Source: Bugula neritina (Eukaryota; Animalia; Bryozoa). From it: 64,000 nt of DNA. Position 1 is the stretch's first letter. Each line of letters opens with the position of its first letter. The notes under the pieces were generated by a model. That model did not search any database. It saw only the letters and a list, made by a program, of their open reading frames with translations, and was not told the DNA's origin. Below, in pieces: positions 1 through 15,655 of the stretch. The stretch covers positions 62,001 to 126,000 of the forward strand of contig CAXIUT010000097.1 of the NCBI GenBank assembly GCA_964035545.1, read 5' to 3'. A program made the position numbers and the translations under genes.

Positions 1-1175
1 AACACATTCAAATACACCGCAAAAAACTACAACATACTGAAATGCACTGTAACATTGAAATACACTGCAACGCATTAAAATATACTGCAATGTACTGAAA
101 TATATGGTAAACTACTTAAATATACTGTCACACATTGAAAAACACTGCAACATACTGAAATATACTGCGACACATTGCAATATACTGTAACATACTGAAA
201 TAGGCTGTAGCACACTGAAATACACTGCAACTCACTGAAATATACTGCAACATACTGAAATACACTGTAACATATTGAAATATACTGCAACACACTGAAA
301 TATAGTGCTACATACTGAAATATACTGCAACATACTGCAACATAGTGAAATACACTGTAACATACTGAAATACACTGCAACCTACTGCAACATATTTCAA
401 TACACTGCAACACATTGAAATATACTGCAACATACCTAAATATACGATAATATACTGAAATATACTCTAACACATTGAAAAACACTGCAACATACTGAAA
501 TACACTGCAACACATTCTAATACACCGCAAAATACTACAACATACTGAAATGCACTGTAACATATTGAAATACACTGCAACACATTGAAATATACTGCAA
601 TGTACCGAAATATATGGTAAACTACTGATATATACTGTCACACATTGAAAAATACTGCAACATACTGAAATATACTGCGACACATTGCAATATACTGTAA
701 CATACTGAAATATGCTGTAGCACACTGAAATACACTGCAACATACTGAAATACACTGTAACATATTAAAATATACTGCAACATACTGAAATACACTGCAG
801 AATACCGAAATACACTGTAACATACTGAAATATACTGCAAAATACTGAAATACACTGCTACATACTGAAATTTACTGCGACACACTGCGACATACTGCAA
901 CATACTAAAATACACTGTAACATATTGAAACACACTGCAACACATTGAAATATACTGCAATGTACCGAATTATATGGTAAACTACTGAAATATACTGTCA
1001 CACATTGAAAAATACTGCAACATACTGAAATATACTGCGACACATTGCAATATACTGTAACATACTGAAATATGCTGTAGCACACTGAAATACACTGCAA
1101 CTCACTGAAATATACTGCAACATACTGAAACACACTGTAACATATTGAAATATACTGCAACATACTGAAATACAT

Positions 1176-2435
1176 TGCTACATACTGAAATATACTGCAA
1201 CATACTGCAACATACTGAAATACACTGTAACATACTGAAATACGCTGCAACATACTACAACATATTGAAAGACACTGCAACACAGTGAAATATACTGCAA
1301 CATACCTAAATATACGGTAATATACCAAAATATACTGTAACACATTGAAAAATACTGCAACATACTGAAATACACTGCAACACACCGAAAAACACTGAAA
1401 ATACTGTAACACACTGAAATATACTGCAAAATACTGAAATACACTGCTACATACTGAAATATACTGCGACACACTGCAACATACTGCAACATACTAAAGT
1501 AAACTGCAACATACTGAAATACACTGTAAAATACTGAAATACACTAGAACATACTGAAATATACTGCACCATACTGAAATATACTGCTACATACTGAAAT
1601 ATACTGCAACACACTGCAACATACTGCAACATACTAGAATACACTGTAACATAATGAAATACACTGCAACACATTGAAATATACTGCAAAATACTGAAAT
1701 ACACTGCTATATACTGAAATACACTGCAACACACTACAACATACTGCAACATACTAAAATATACTGCAACATACTGAAATACACTGCAAAATACTGAAAT
1801 ACACTGCTACATACTGAAATATACTGCAACATACTGCAACATACTGAAATACACTGTAACATACTGAAATACGCTGCAACATACTACAACATATTGAAAG
1901 ACACTGCAACACATTGAAATATACTGCAACATACCTAAATATCCGGTAATATACCAAAATATACTGTAACACATTGAAAAATACTGCAACATACTGAAAT
2001 ACACTGCAACACACCGAAAAACACTGAAAATACTGTAACACACTGAAATATACTGCAAAATACTGAAATACACTGCTACATACTGAAATATACTGCGACA
2101 CACTGCAACATACTGCAACATACTAAAGTAAACTGCAACATACTGAAATACACTGTAAAATACTGAAATACACTAGAACATACTGAAATATACTGCACCA
2201 TACTGAAATATACTGCTACATACTGAAATATACTGCAACACACTGCAACATACTGCAACATACTAGAATACACTGTAACATAATGAAATACACTACAACA
2301 CATTGAAATAGACTGCTAAATACTGAAATACACTGCTATATACTGAAATACACTGCAACACACTACAACATACTGCAACATACTAAAATATACTGCAACA
2401 TACTGAAATACACTGCAAAATACTGAAATACACTG
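1176..2435 (+). repeat. 629-bp tandem duplication within satellite
   Basis: ORF pair 1178..1492 / 1807..2121. Shared markers ACTAAAGTAA, ACTAGAACAT, ACTGCACCAT at offset 629. Confidence 0.85.
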
Positions 2436-5400
2436 TAACATACTGAAGTATACTGCAACATACTGAAATACACTGCTACATACTGAAATATACTGCAACA
2501 CACAGCAACATACTACAACATACTAAAATACACTGTAACATATTGGAATACACTGCAACACATTGAAATATACTGCAACATACTGAAATACACTGCAACA
2601 CATTCAAATACACCGCAAAATACTACAACATACTGAAATGCACTGTAACATATTGAAATACACTGTAACATATTAAAATATACGGCAACATACTGAAATA
2701 TACTGCGACACATTGCAATATACTGTAACATACTGAAATAGGCTGTAGCACACTGAAATACACTGCAACTCACTGAAATATACTGCAACATACTGAAATA
2801 CACTGTAACATATTGAAATATACTGCAACACACTGAAATATAGTGCTACATACTGAAATATACTGCTACATACTGAAATACACTGCAACATACTGCAACA
2901 TACTGAAATACACTGCAACACATTGAAATATACTGCAACATACCTAAATATACGGTAATATACTGAAAAATACTGTAACACATTGAAAAACACTGCAACA
3001 TACTGAAATACACTGCAACACATTCTAATACACCGCAAAATACTACAACATACTGAAATGCACTGTAACATATTGAAATACACTGCAACACATTGAAATA
3101 TACTGCAATGTACCGAAATCTATGGTAAACTACTGATATATACTGTCACACATTGAAAAATACTGCAACATACTGAAATATACTGCGACACATTGCAATA
3201 TACTGTAACATACTGAAATATGCTGTAGCACACTGAAATACACTGCAACATACTGAAATACACTGTAACATATTAAAATATACTGCAACATACTGAAATA
3301 CACTGCAGAATACCGAAATACACTGTAACATACTGAAATATACTGCAAAATACTGAAATACACTGCTACATACTGAAATTTACTGCGACACACTGCGACA
3401 TACTGCAACATACTAAAATACACTGTAACATATTGAAACACACTGCAACACATTGAAATATACTGCAATGTACCGAATTATATGGTAAACTACTGAAATA
3501 TACTGTCACACATTGAAAAATACTGCAACATACTGAAATATACTGCGACACATTACAATATACTGTAACATACTGAAATATGCTGTAGCACACTGAAATA
3601 CACTGCAACTCACTGAAATATACTGCAACATACTGAAACACACTGTAACATATTGAAATATACTGCAACATACTGAAATATATTGCTACATACTGAAATA
3701 TACTGCAACACACTGCAACATACTGAAATACACTGTAACATACTGAAATACGCTGCAACATACTACAACATATTGAAAGACACTGCAACACATTGAAATA
3801 TACTGCAACATACCTAAATATCCGGTAATATACCAAAATATACTGTAACACATTGAAAAATACTGCAACATACTGAAATACACTGCAACACACCGAAAAA
3901 CACTGAAAATACTGTAACACACTGAAATATACTGCAAAATACTGAAATACACTGCTACATACTGAAATACACTGCGACACACTGCAACATACTGCAACAT
4001 ACTAAAGTATACTGCAACATACTGAAATACACTGTAAAATACTGAAATACACTATAACATACTGAAATATACTGCAACATACTGAAATATACTGCTACAT
4101 ACTGAAATATACTGCAACACACTGCAACATACTGCAACATACTAGAATACACTGTAACATAATGAAATACACTACAACACATTGAAATAGACTGCAAAAT
4201 ACTGAAATACACTGCTATATACTGAAATACACTGCAACACACTACAACATACTGCAACATACTAAAATATACTGCAACATACTGAAATACACTGCAAAAT
4301 ACTGAAATACACTGTAACATACTGAAGTATACTGCAACATACTGAAATACACTGCTACATACTGAAATATACTGCAACACACAGCAACATACTACAACAT
4401 ACTAAAATACACTGTAACATATTGGAATACACTGCAACACATTGAAATATACTGCAACATGCTGAAATACACTGCAACACATTCAAATACACCGCAAAAT
4501 ACTACAACATACTGAAATGCACTGTAACATATTGAAATACACTGTAACATATTAAAATATACGGCAACATACTGAAATATACTGCGACACATTGCAATAT
4601 ACTGTAACATACTGAAATAGGCTGTAGCACACTGAAATACACTGCAACTCACTGAAATATACTGCAACATACTGAAATACACTGTAACATATTGAAATAT
4701 ACTGCAACACACTGAAATATAGTGCTACATACTGAAATATACTGCTACATACTGAAATACACTGCAACATACTGCAACATACTGAAATACACTGCAACAC
4801 ATTGAAATATACTGCAACATACCTAAATATACGGTAATATACTGAAAAATACTGTAACACATTGAAAAACACTGCAACATACTGAAATACACTGCAACAC
4901 ATTCTAATACACCGCAAAATACTACAACATACTGAAATGCACTGTAACATATTGAAATACACTGCAACACATTGAAATATACTGCAATGTACCGAAATAT
5001 ATGGTAAACTACTGATATATACTGTCACACATTGAAAAATACTGCAACATACTGAAATATACTGCGACACATTGCAATATACTGTAACATACTGAAATAT
5101 GCTGTAGCACACTGAAATACACTGCAACATACTGAAATAGACTGTAACATATTAAAATATACTGCAACATACTGAAATACACTGCAGAATACCGAAATAC
5201 ACTGTAACATACTGAAATATACTGCAAAATACTGAAATACACTGCTACATACTGAAATTTACTGCGACACACTGCGACATACTGCAACATACTAAAATAC
5301 ACTGTAACATATTGAAAAACACTGCAACACATTGAAATATACTGCAATGTACCGAATTATATGGTAAACTACTGAAATATACTGTCACACATTGAAAAAT

Positions 5401-6335
5401 ACTGCAACATACTGAAATATACTGCGACACATTGCAATATACTGTAACATACTGAAATATGCTGTAGCACACTGAAATACACTGCAACTCACTGAAATAT
5501 ACTGCAACATACTGAAACACACTGTAACATATTGAAATATACTGCAACATACTGAAATACATTGCTACATACTGAAATATACTGCAACATACTGCAACAT
5601 ACTGAAATACACTGTAACATACTGAAATACGCTGCAACATACTACAACATATTGAAAGACACTGCAACACAGTAAAATATACTGCAACATACCTAAATAT
5701 ACGGTAATATACCACAATATACTGTAACACATTGAAAAATACTGCAACATACTGAAATACACTGCAACACACCGAAAAACACTGAAAATACTGTAACACA
5801 CTGAAATATACTGCAAAATACTGAAATACACTGCTACATACTGAAATATACTGCGACACACTGCAACATACTGCAACATACTAAAGTAAACTGCAACATA
5901 CTGAAATACACTGTAAAATACTGAAATACACTAGAACATACTGAAATATACTGCACCATACTGAAATATACTGCTACATACTGAAATATACTGCAACACA
6001 CTGCAACATACTGCAACATACTAGAATACACTGTAACATAATGAAATACACTGCAACACATTGAAATATACTGCAAAATACTGAAATACACTGCTATATA
6101 CTGAAATACACTGCAACACACTACAACATACTGCAACATACTAAAATATACTGCAACATACTGAAATACACTGCAAAATACTGAAATACACTGTAACATA
6201 CTGAAGTATACTGCAACATACTGAAATACACTGCTACATACTGAAATATACTGCAACACACAGCAACATACTGCAACATACTAAAATACACTGTAACATA
6301 TTGGAATACACTGCAACACATTGAAATATACTGCA
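1805..6335 (+). repeat. 1879-bp tandem unit, ~2.4 mosaic copies
   Basis: ORF offsets 1807/3686, 2513/4392, 2846/4725, 3130/5009, 3366/5245 and 3955/5834 are all 1879. TCCGGTAAT occurs at ~1942 and ~3821. Confidence 0.85.
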
Positions 6336-6677
6336 AAATACTGAAATACACTGCTACATACTGCAATATACTGCAGCATACTGCAACATACTGAAATACA
6401 CTGCAACACATTCAAATACACCGCAAAAAACTACAACATACTGAAATGCACTGTAACATTGAAATACACTGCAACGCATTAAAATATACTGCAATGTACT
6501 GAAATATATGGTAAACTACTTAAATATACTGTCACACATTGAAAAACACTGCAACATACTGAAATATACTGCGACACATTGCAATATACTGTAACATACT
6601 GAAATAGGCTGTAGCACACTGAAATACACTGCAACTCACTGAAATATACTGCAACATACTGAAATACACTGTAACAT

Positions 6678-9600
6678 ATTGAAATATACTGCAACACACT
6701 GAAATATAGTGCTACATACTGAAATATACTGCAACATACTGCAACATAGTGAAATACACTGTAACATACTGAAATACACTGCAACATACTGCAACATATT
6801 TCAATACACTGCAACACATTGAAATATACTGCAACATACCTAAATATACGATAATATACTGAAATATACTCTAACACATTGAAAAACACTGCAACATACT
6901 GAAATACACTGCAACACATTCAAATACACCGCAAAATACTACAACATACTGAAATACACTGTAACACACTGAAATATACTGCAAAATACTGAAATACACT
7001 CCTACATACTGAAATATACTGCAACACACTGCGACATACTGCAACATACTAAAATACACTGTAACATATTGAAATACACTGCAACTCACTGAAATATGCT
7101 GCAACATACTGCAACATAGTGAAATACACTGTAACATACTGAAATACACTGCGACATACTACAACATATTGAAAGACACTGCAACACATTGAAATATACT
7201 GCAACACACCTAAATATACCGTAATATACCAAAATATACTGTAACACATTTAAAAACACTGCAACCTACTGAAATACACTGCAACACACTGAAATACACT
7301 GCAAAATACTGTAACACACTGAAATATACTGCAACACACTGCAATTTACTGCAACATACTAAAATACACTGCAACATACTGAAATACACTGCAAAATACT
7401 GAAATATACTGCAACACACTGCAACTTACTGCAACATACTAAAATACACTGTAACATATTGAATTACACTGCAACACACAGCAACATACTGCAACATGCT
7501 AAAATACACTGTAACATATTGGAGTACACTGCAACACATTAATTATACTGCAAAATACTGAAATACACTGCTACATACTGAAATATACTGCAACATACTG
7601 CAACATACTGAAATATACTGCAACACATTCAAATACACCGCAAAATACTACAACATACTGAAATGCACTGTAACATATTGAAATACACTGCAACGCATTG
7701 AAATATACTGCAATGTACCGAAATATATGGTAAACTACTGAAATATACTGTCACACATTGAAAAACACTGCAACATACTGAAATATACTGCGACACATTG
7801 CAATATACTGTAACATACTGAAATAGGCTGTAGCACACTGAAATACACTGCAACTCACTGAAATATACTGCAACATACTGAAATACACTGTAACATATTA
7901 AAATATACTGCAACATACTGAAATATAGTGCTACATACTGAAATATACTGCAACATACTGCAACATAGTGAAATACACTGTAACATACTGAAATACACTG
8001 CAACATACTACAACATATTGAAATACACTGCAACACATTGAAATATACTGCAACATACCTAAATATACGGTAATATACTGAAATATACTGTAACACATTG
8101 AAAAACACTGCAACATACTGAAATACACTGCAACACATTCAAATACACCGCAAAATACTACAACATACTGAAATGCACTGTAACATATCGAAATACACTG
8201 CAACACATTGAAATATACTGCAATGTACCAAAATATATGGTAAACTACTGAAATATACTGTCACACATTGAAAAATACTGACAAATACTGAAATATACTG
8301 CGACACATTGCAATATACTGTAACATACTAAGGTATACTGCAACATACTGAAATACACTGTAAAATACTGAAATACACTATAACATACTGAAATATACTG
8401 CAACATACTGAAATATACTGCTACATACTGAAATATACTGCAACGCACTGCAACATACTGCAACATACTAGAATACACTGTAACATAATGAAATACACTA
8501 CAACACATTGAAATAGACTGCAAAATACTGAAATACACTGCTATATACTGAAATACACTGCAACACACTACAACATACTGCAACATACTAAAATATACTG
8601 CAACATACTGAAATACACTGCAAAATACTGAAATACACTGTAACATACTGAAGTATACTGCAACATACTGAAATACACTGCTACATACTGAAATATACTG
8701 CAACACACAGCAACATACTGCAACATACTAAAATACACTGTAACATATTGGAATACACTGCAACACATTGAAATATACTGCAACATACTGAAATACACTG
8801 CAACACATTCAAATACACCGCAAAATACTACAACATACTGAAATGCACTGTAACATATTGAAATACACTGTAACATATTAAAATATACGGCAACATACTG
8901 AAATATACTGCGACACATTGCAATATACTGTAACATACTGAAATAGGCTGTAGCACACTGAAATACACTGCAACTCATTGAAATATACTGCAACATACTG
9001 AAATACACTGTAACATATTGAAATATACTGCAACACACTGAAATATAGTGCTACATACTGAAATACACTGCTACAACACTGAAATATATTCAACACACGG
9101 CAACATAATGCAACATACTAAAATATGCTGCAATATACTGAAATACACTGCAAAATACTGAAATACATTATAACATACTGAAATATACTGCAACATACTG
9201 AAATATACTGCTACATACTGAAATATACTGCCACACACTGCAAGATACTGCAACATACCAGAAAACACTGTAACATAATGAAATACACTGCAACACATTG
9301 AAATATACTGCAAAATACTGAAATACACTGCTATATACTGAAATACACTGCAACACACTACAACATACTGCAACATACGAAAATATACTGCAACATACTG
9401 AAATACACTGCAAACTACTGAAATACACTGTAACATACTGAAGTATACTGCAACATACTGAAATACACTGCTACATACCGAAATATACTGCAACACACAG
9501 CAACATACTGCAACATACTAAATTACACTGTAACATATTGGAATACACTGCAACACATTAATTATACTGCAAAATACTGAAATACACTGCTACATACTGA

Positions 9601-12600
9601 AATATACTGCAACATACTGCAACATACTGAAATACACTGCAACACATTCAAATACACCGCAAAATACTACAACATACTGAAATGCACTGTAACATATTGA
9701 AATACACTGCAACGCATTGAAATATACTGCAATGTACCGAAATATATGGTAAACTACTGAAATATACTGTCACACATTGAAAAACACTGCAACATACTGA
9801 AATATACTGCGACACATTGCAATATACTGTAACATACTGAAATAGGCTGTAGCACACTGAAATACACTGCAACTCACTGAAATATACTGCAACATACTGA
9901 AATACACTGTAACATATTAAAATATACTGCAACATACTGAAATATAGTGCTACATACTGAAATATACTGCAACATACTGCAACATAGTGAAATACACTGT
10001 AACATACTGAAATACACTGCAACATACTACAACATATTGAAATACACTGCAACACATTGAAATATACTGCAACATACCTAAATATACGGTAATATACTGA
10101 AATATACTGTAACACATTGAAAAACACTGCAACATACTGAAATACACTGCAACACATTCAAATACACCGCAAAATACTACAACATACTGAAATGCACTGT
10201 AACATATCGAAATACACTGCAACACATTGAAATATACTGCAATGTACCGAAATATATGGTAAACTACTGAAATATACTGTCACACATTGAAAAATACTGC
10301 AACATACTGAAATATACTGCGACACATTGCAATATACTGTAACATACTGAAATATGCTGTAGCACACTGAAATACACTGCAACATACTGAAATACACTGT
10401 AACATATTAAAATATACTGCAACATACTGAAATACACTGCAGAATACCGAAATACACTGTAACATACTGAAATATACTGCAAAATACTGAAATACACTGC
10501 TACATACTGAAATATACTGCGACACACTGTGACATACTGCAACATACTAAAATACACTGTAACATATTGAAATACACTGCAACACATTGAAATATACTGC
10601 AATGTACCGAAATATATGGTAAACTACTGAAATATACTGTCACACATTGAAAAATACTGCAACATACTGAAATATACTGCGACACATTGCAATATACTGT
10701 AACATACTGAAATATGCTGTAGAACACTGAAATACACTGCAACTCACTGAAATATACTGCAACATACTGAAACACACTGTAACATATTGAAATATACTGC
10801 AACATACTGAAATACATTGCTACATACTGAAATATACTGCAACATACTGCAACATACTGAAATACACTGTAACATACTGATATACGCTGCAACATACTAC
10901 AACATATTGAAAGACACTGCAACACATTGAAATATACTGCAACATACCTAAATATACGGTAGTATACCAAAATATACTGTAACACATTGAAATATACTGC
11001 AACACACTGAAATATAGTGCTACATACTGAAATATACTGCAACATACTGCAACATAGTGAAATACACTGTAACATACTGAAATACACTGCAACATACTGC
11101 AACATATTTCAATACACTGCAACACATTGAAATATACTGCAACATACCTAAATATACGATAATATACTGAAATATACTCTAACACATTGAAAAACACTGC
11201 AACATACTGAAATACACTGCAACACATTCAAATACACCGCAAAATACTACAACATACTGAAATACACTGTAACACACTGAAATATACTGCAAAATACTGA
11301 AATACACTCCTACATACTGAAATATACTGCAACACACTGCGACATACTGCAACATACTAAAATACACTGTAACATATTGAAATACACTGCAACTCACTGA
11401 AATATGCTGCAACATACTGCAACATAGTGAAATACACTGTAACATACTGAAATACACTGCGACATACTACAACATATTGAAAGACACTGCAACACATTGA
11501 AATATACTGCAACACACCTAAATATACCGTAATATACCAAAATATACTGTAACACATTTAAAAACACTGCAACCTACTGAAATACACTGCAACACACTGA
11601 AATACACTGCAAAATACTGTAACACACTGAAATATACTGCAACACACTGCAATTTACTGCAACATACTAAAATACACTGCAACATACTGAAATACACTGC
11701 AAAATACTGAAATATACTGCAACACACTGCAACTTACTGCAACATACTAAAATACACTGTAACATATTGAATTACACTGCAACACACAGCAACATACTGC
11801 AACATGCTAAAATACACTGTAACATATTGGAGTACACTGCAACACATTAATTATACTGCAAAATACTGAAATACACTGCTACATACTGAAATATACTGCA
11901 ACATACTGCAACATACTGAAATATACTGCAACACATTCAAATACACCGCAAAATACTACAACATACTGAAATGCACTGTAACATATTGAAATACACTGCA
12001 ACGCATTGAAATATACTGCAATGTACCGAAATATATGGTAAACTACTGAAATATACTGTCACACATTGAAAAACACTGCAACATACTGAAATATACTGCG
12101 ACACATTGCAATATACTGTAACATACTGAAATAGGCTGTAGCACACTGAAATACACTGCAACTCACTGAAATATACTGCAACATACTGAAATACACTGTA
12201 ACATATTAAAATATACTGCAACATACTGAAATATAGTGCTACATACTGAAATATACTGCAACATACTGCAACATAGTGAAATACACTGTAACATACTGAA
12301 ATACACTGCAACATACTACAACATATTGAAATACACTGCAACACATTGAAATATACTGCAACATACCTAAATATACGGTAATATACTGAAATATACTGTA
12401 ACACATTGAAAAACACTGCAACATACTGAAATACACTGCAACACATTCAAATACACCGCAAAATACTACAACATACTGAAATGCACTGTAACATATCGAA
12501 ATACACTGCAACACATTGAAATATACTGCAATGTACCAAAATATATGGTAAACTACTGAAATATACTGTCACACATTGAAAAATACTGACAAATACTGAA

Positions 12601-15300
12601 ATATACTGCGACACATTGCAATATACTGTAACATACTAAGGTATACTGCAACATACTGAAATACACTGTAAAATACTGAAATACACTATAACATACTGAA
12701 ATATACTGCAACATACTGAAATATACTGCTACATACTGAAATATACTGCAACGCACTGCAACATACTGCAACATACTAGAATACACTGTAACATAATGAA
12801 ATACACTACAACACATTGAAATAGACTGCAAAATACTGAAATACACTGCTATATACTGAAATACACTGCAACACACTACAACATACTGCAACATACTAAA
12901 ATATACTGCAACATACTGAAATACACTGCAAAATACTGAAATACACTGTAACATACTGAAGTATACTGCAACATACTGAAATACACTGCTACATACTGAA
13001 ATATACTGCAACACACAGCAACATACTGCAACATACTAAAATACACTGTAACATATTGGAATACACTGCAACACATTGAAATATACTGCAACATACTGAA
13101 ATACACTGCAACACATTCAAATACACCGCAAAATACTACAACATACTGAAATGCACTGTAACATATTGAAATACACTGTAACATATTAAAATATACGGCA
13201 ACATACTGAAATATACTGCGACACATTGCAATATACTGTAACATACTGAAATAGGCTGTAGCACACTGAAATACACTGCAACTCATTGAAATATACTGCA
13301 ACATACTGAAATACACTGTAACATATTGAAATATACTGCAACACACTGAAATATAGTGCTACATACTGAAATACACTGCTACAACACTGAAATATATTCA
13401 ACACACGGCAACATAATGCAACATACTAAAATATGCTGCAATATACTGAAATACACTGCAAAATACTGAAATACATTATAACATACTGAAATATACTGCA
13501 ACATACTGAAATATACTGCTACATACTGAAATATACTGCCACACACTGCAAGATACTGCAACATACCAGAAAACACTGTAACATAATGAAATACACTGCA
13601 ACACATTGAAATATACTGCAAAATACTGAAATACACTGCTATATACTGAAATACACTGCAACACACTACAACATACTGCAACATACGAAAATATACTGCA
13701 ACATACTGAAATACACTGCAAACTACTGAAATACACTGTAACATACTGAAGTATACTGCAACATACTGAAATACACTGCTACATACCGAAATATACTGCA
13801 ACACACAGCAACATACTGCAACATACTAAATTACACTGTAACATATTGGAATACACTGCAACACATTAATTATACTGCAAAATACTGAAATACACTGCTA
13901 CATACTGAAATATACTGCAACATACTGCAACATACTGAAATACACTGCAACACATTCAAATACACCGCAAAATACTACAACATACTGAAATGCACTGTAA
14001 CATATTGAAATACACTGCAACGCATTGAAATATACTGCAATGTACCGAAATATATGGTAAACTACTGAAATATACTGTCACACATTGAAAAACACTGCAA
14101 CATACTGAAATATACTGCGACACATTGCAATATACTGTAACATACTGAAATAGGCTGTAGCACACTGAAATACACTGCAACTCACTGAAATATACTGCAA
14201 CATACTGAAATACACTGTAACATATTAAAATATACTGCAACATACTGAAATATAGTGCTACATACTGAAATATACTGCAACATACTGCAACATAGTGAAA
14301 TACACTGTAACATACTGAAATACACTGCAACATACTACAACATATTGAAATACACTGCAACACATTGAAATATACTGCAACATACCTAAATATACGGTAA
14401 TATACTGAAATATACTGTAACACATTGAAAAACACTGCAACATACTGAAATACACTGCAACACATTCAAATACACCGCAAAATACTACAACATACTGAAA
14501 TGCACTGTAACATATCGAAATACACTGCAACACATTGAAATATACTGCAATGTACCGAAATATATGGTAAACTACTGAAATATACTGTCACACATTGAAA
14601 AATACTGCAACATACTGAAATATACTGCGACACATTGCAATATACTGTAACATACTGAAATATGCTGTAGCACACTGAAATACACTGCAACATACTGAAA
14701 TACACTGTAACATATTAAAATATACTGCAACATACTGAAATACACTGCAGAATACCGAAATACACTGTAACATACTGAAATATACTGCAAAATACTGAAA
14801 TACACTGCTACATACTGAAATATACTGCGACACACTGTGACATACTGCAACATACTAAAATACACTGTAACATATTGAAATACACTGCAACACATTGAAA
14901 TATACTGCAATGTACCGAAATATATGGTAAACTACTGAAATATACTGTCACACATTGAAAAATACTGCAACATACTGAAATATACTGCGACACATTGCAA
15001 TATACTGTAACATACTGAAATATGCTGTAGAACACTGAAATACACTGCAACTCACTGAAATATACTGCAACATACTGAAACACACTGTAACATATTGAAA
15101 TATACTGCAACATACTGAAATACATTGCTACATACTGAAATATACTGCAACATACTGCAACATACTGAAATACACTGTAACATACTGATATACGCTGCAA
15201 CATACTACAACATATTGAAAGACACTGCAACACATTGAAATATACTGCAACATACCTAAATATACGGTAGTATACCAAAATATACTGTAACACATTGAAA
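6678..15300 (+). repeat. Near-perfect 4308-bp tandem duplication (each copy contains an internal 2019-bp offset repeat)
   Basis: Identical ORF translations at offset 4308 (6871/11179, 7629/11937, 8245/12553, 9071/13379, 10264/14572). Rare variants are shared (GGAGTACAC 7521/11829, GACAAATAC 8280/12588, CAAACTACTG 9411/13719, GTAGTATACC ~10959/15267). Confidence 0.92.
7627..8136 (+). repeat. Representative 510-bp (51-monomer) higher-order repeat unit
   Basis: ATTCAAATAC-ACCGCAAAAT starts at 7627 and again at 8137. The diagnostic monomers keep a fixed order: ACTGAAATGC, ACTGCAATGT, ATGGTAAACT, ACTGTCACAC, GCTGTAGCAC, ACTGCAACTC, AGTGCTACAT, ACCTAAATAT, ACGGTAATAT. The same 510 spacing occurs at 9646/10156, 18380/18890, 24629/25139, 33077/33587 and 39613/40123, and 508 at 6/514 and 6410/6918 (2-bp deletion). 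It also explains the repeated 169-aa ORFs. Confidence 0.9.
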
Positions 15301-15655
15301 AATACTGCAACATACTGAAATACACTGCAACACATCGAAAAACACTGAAAATACTGTAACACACTGAAATATACTGCAAAATACTGAAATACACTGCTAC
15401 ATACTGAAATACACTGCGACACACTGCAACATACTGCAACATACGAAAATATACTGCAACATACTGAAATACACTGCAAAATACTGAAATACACTGTAAC
15501 ATACTGAAGTATACTGCAACATACTGAAATACACTGCTACATACTGAAATATACTGCAACACACAGCAACATACTGCAACATACTAAAATACACTGTAAC
15601 ATATTGGAATACACTGCAACACATTAATTATACTGCAAAATACTGAAATACACTG

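Noticed and set aside
174-181. Short palindromes and TF-like words (ATTGCAAT, AGTATACT, TGCA, TATA, GAAA)
   Set aside because: They are at most 8 bp and arise from single substitutions in the monomer. There are no extended hairpins and no gene context, so no regulatory call is supportable.
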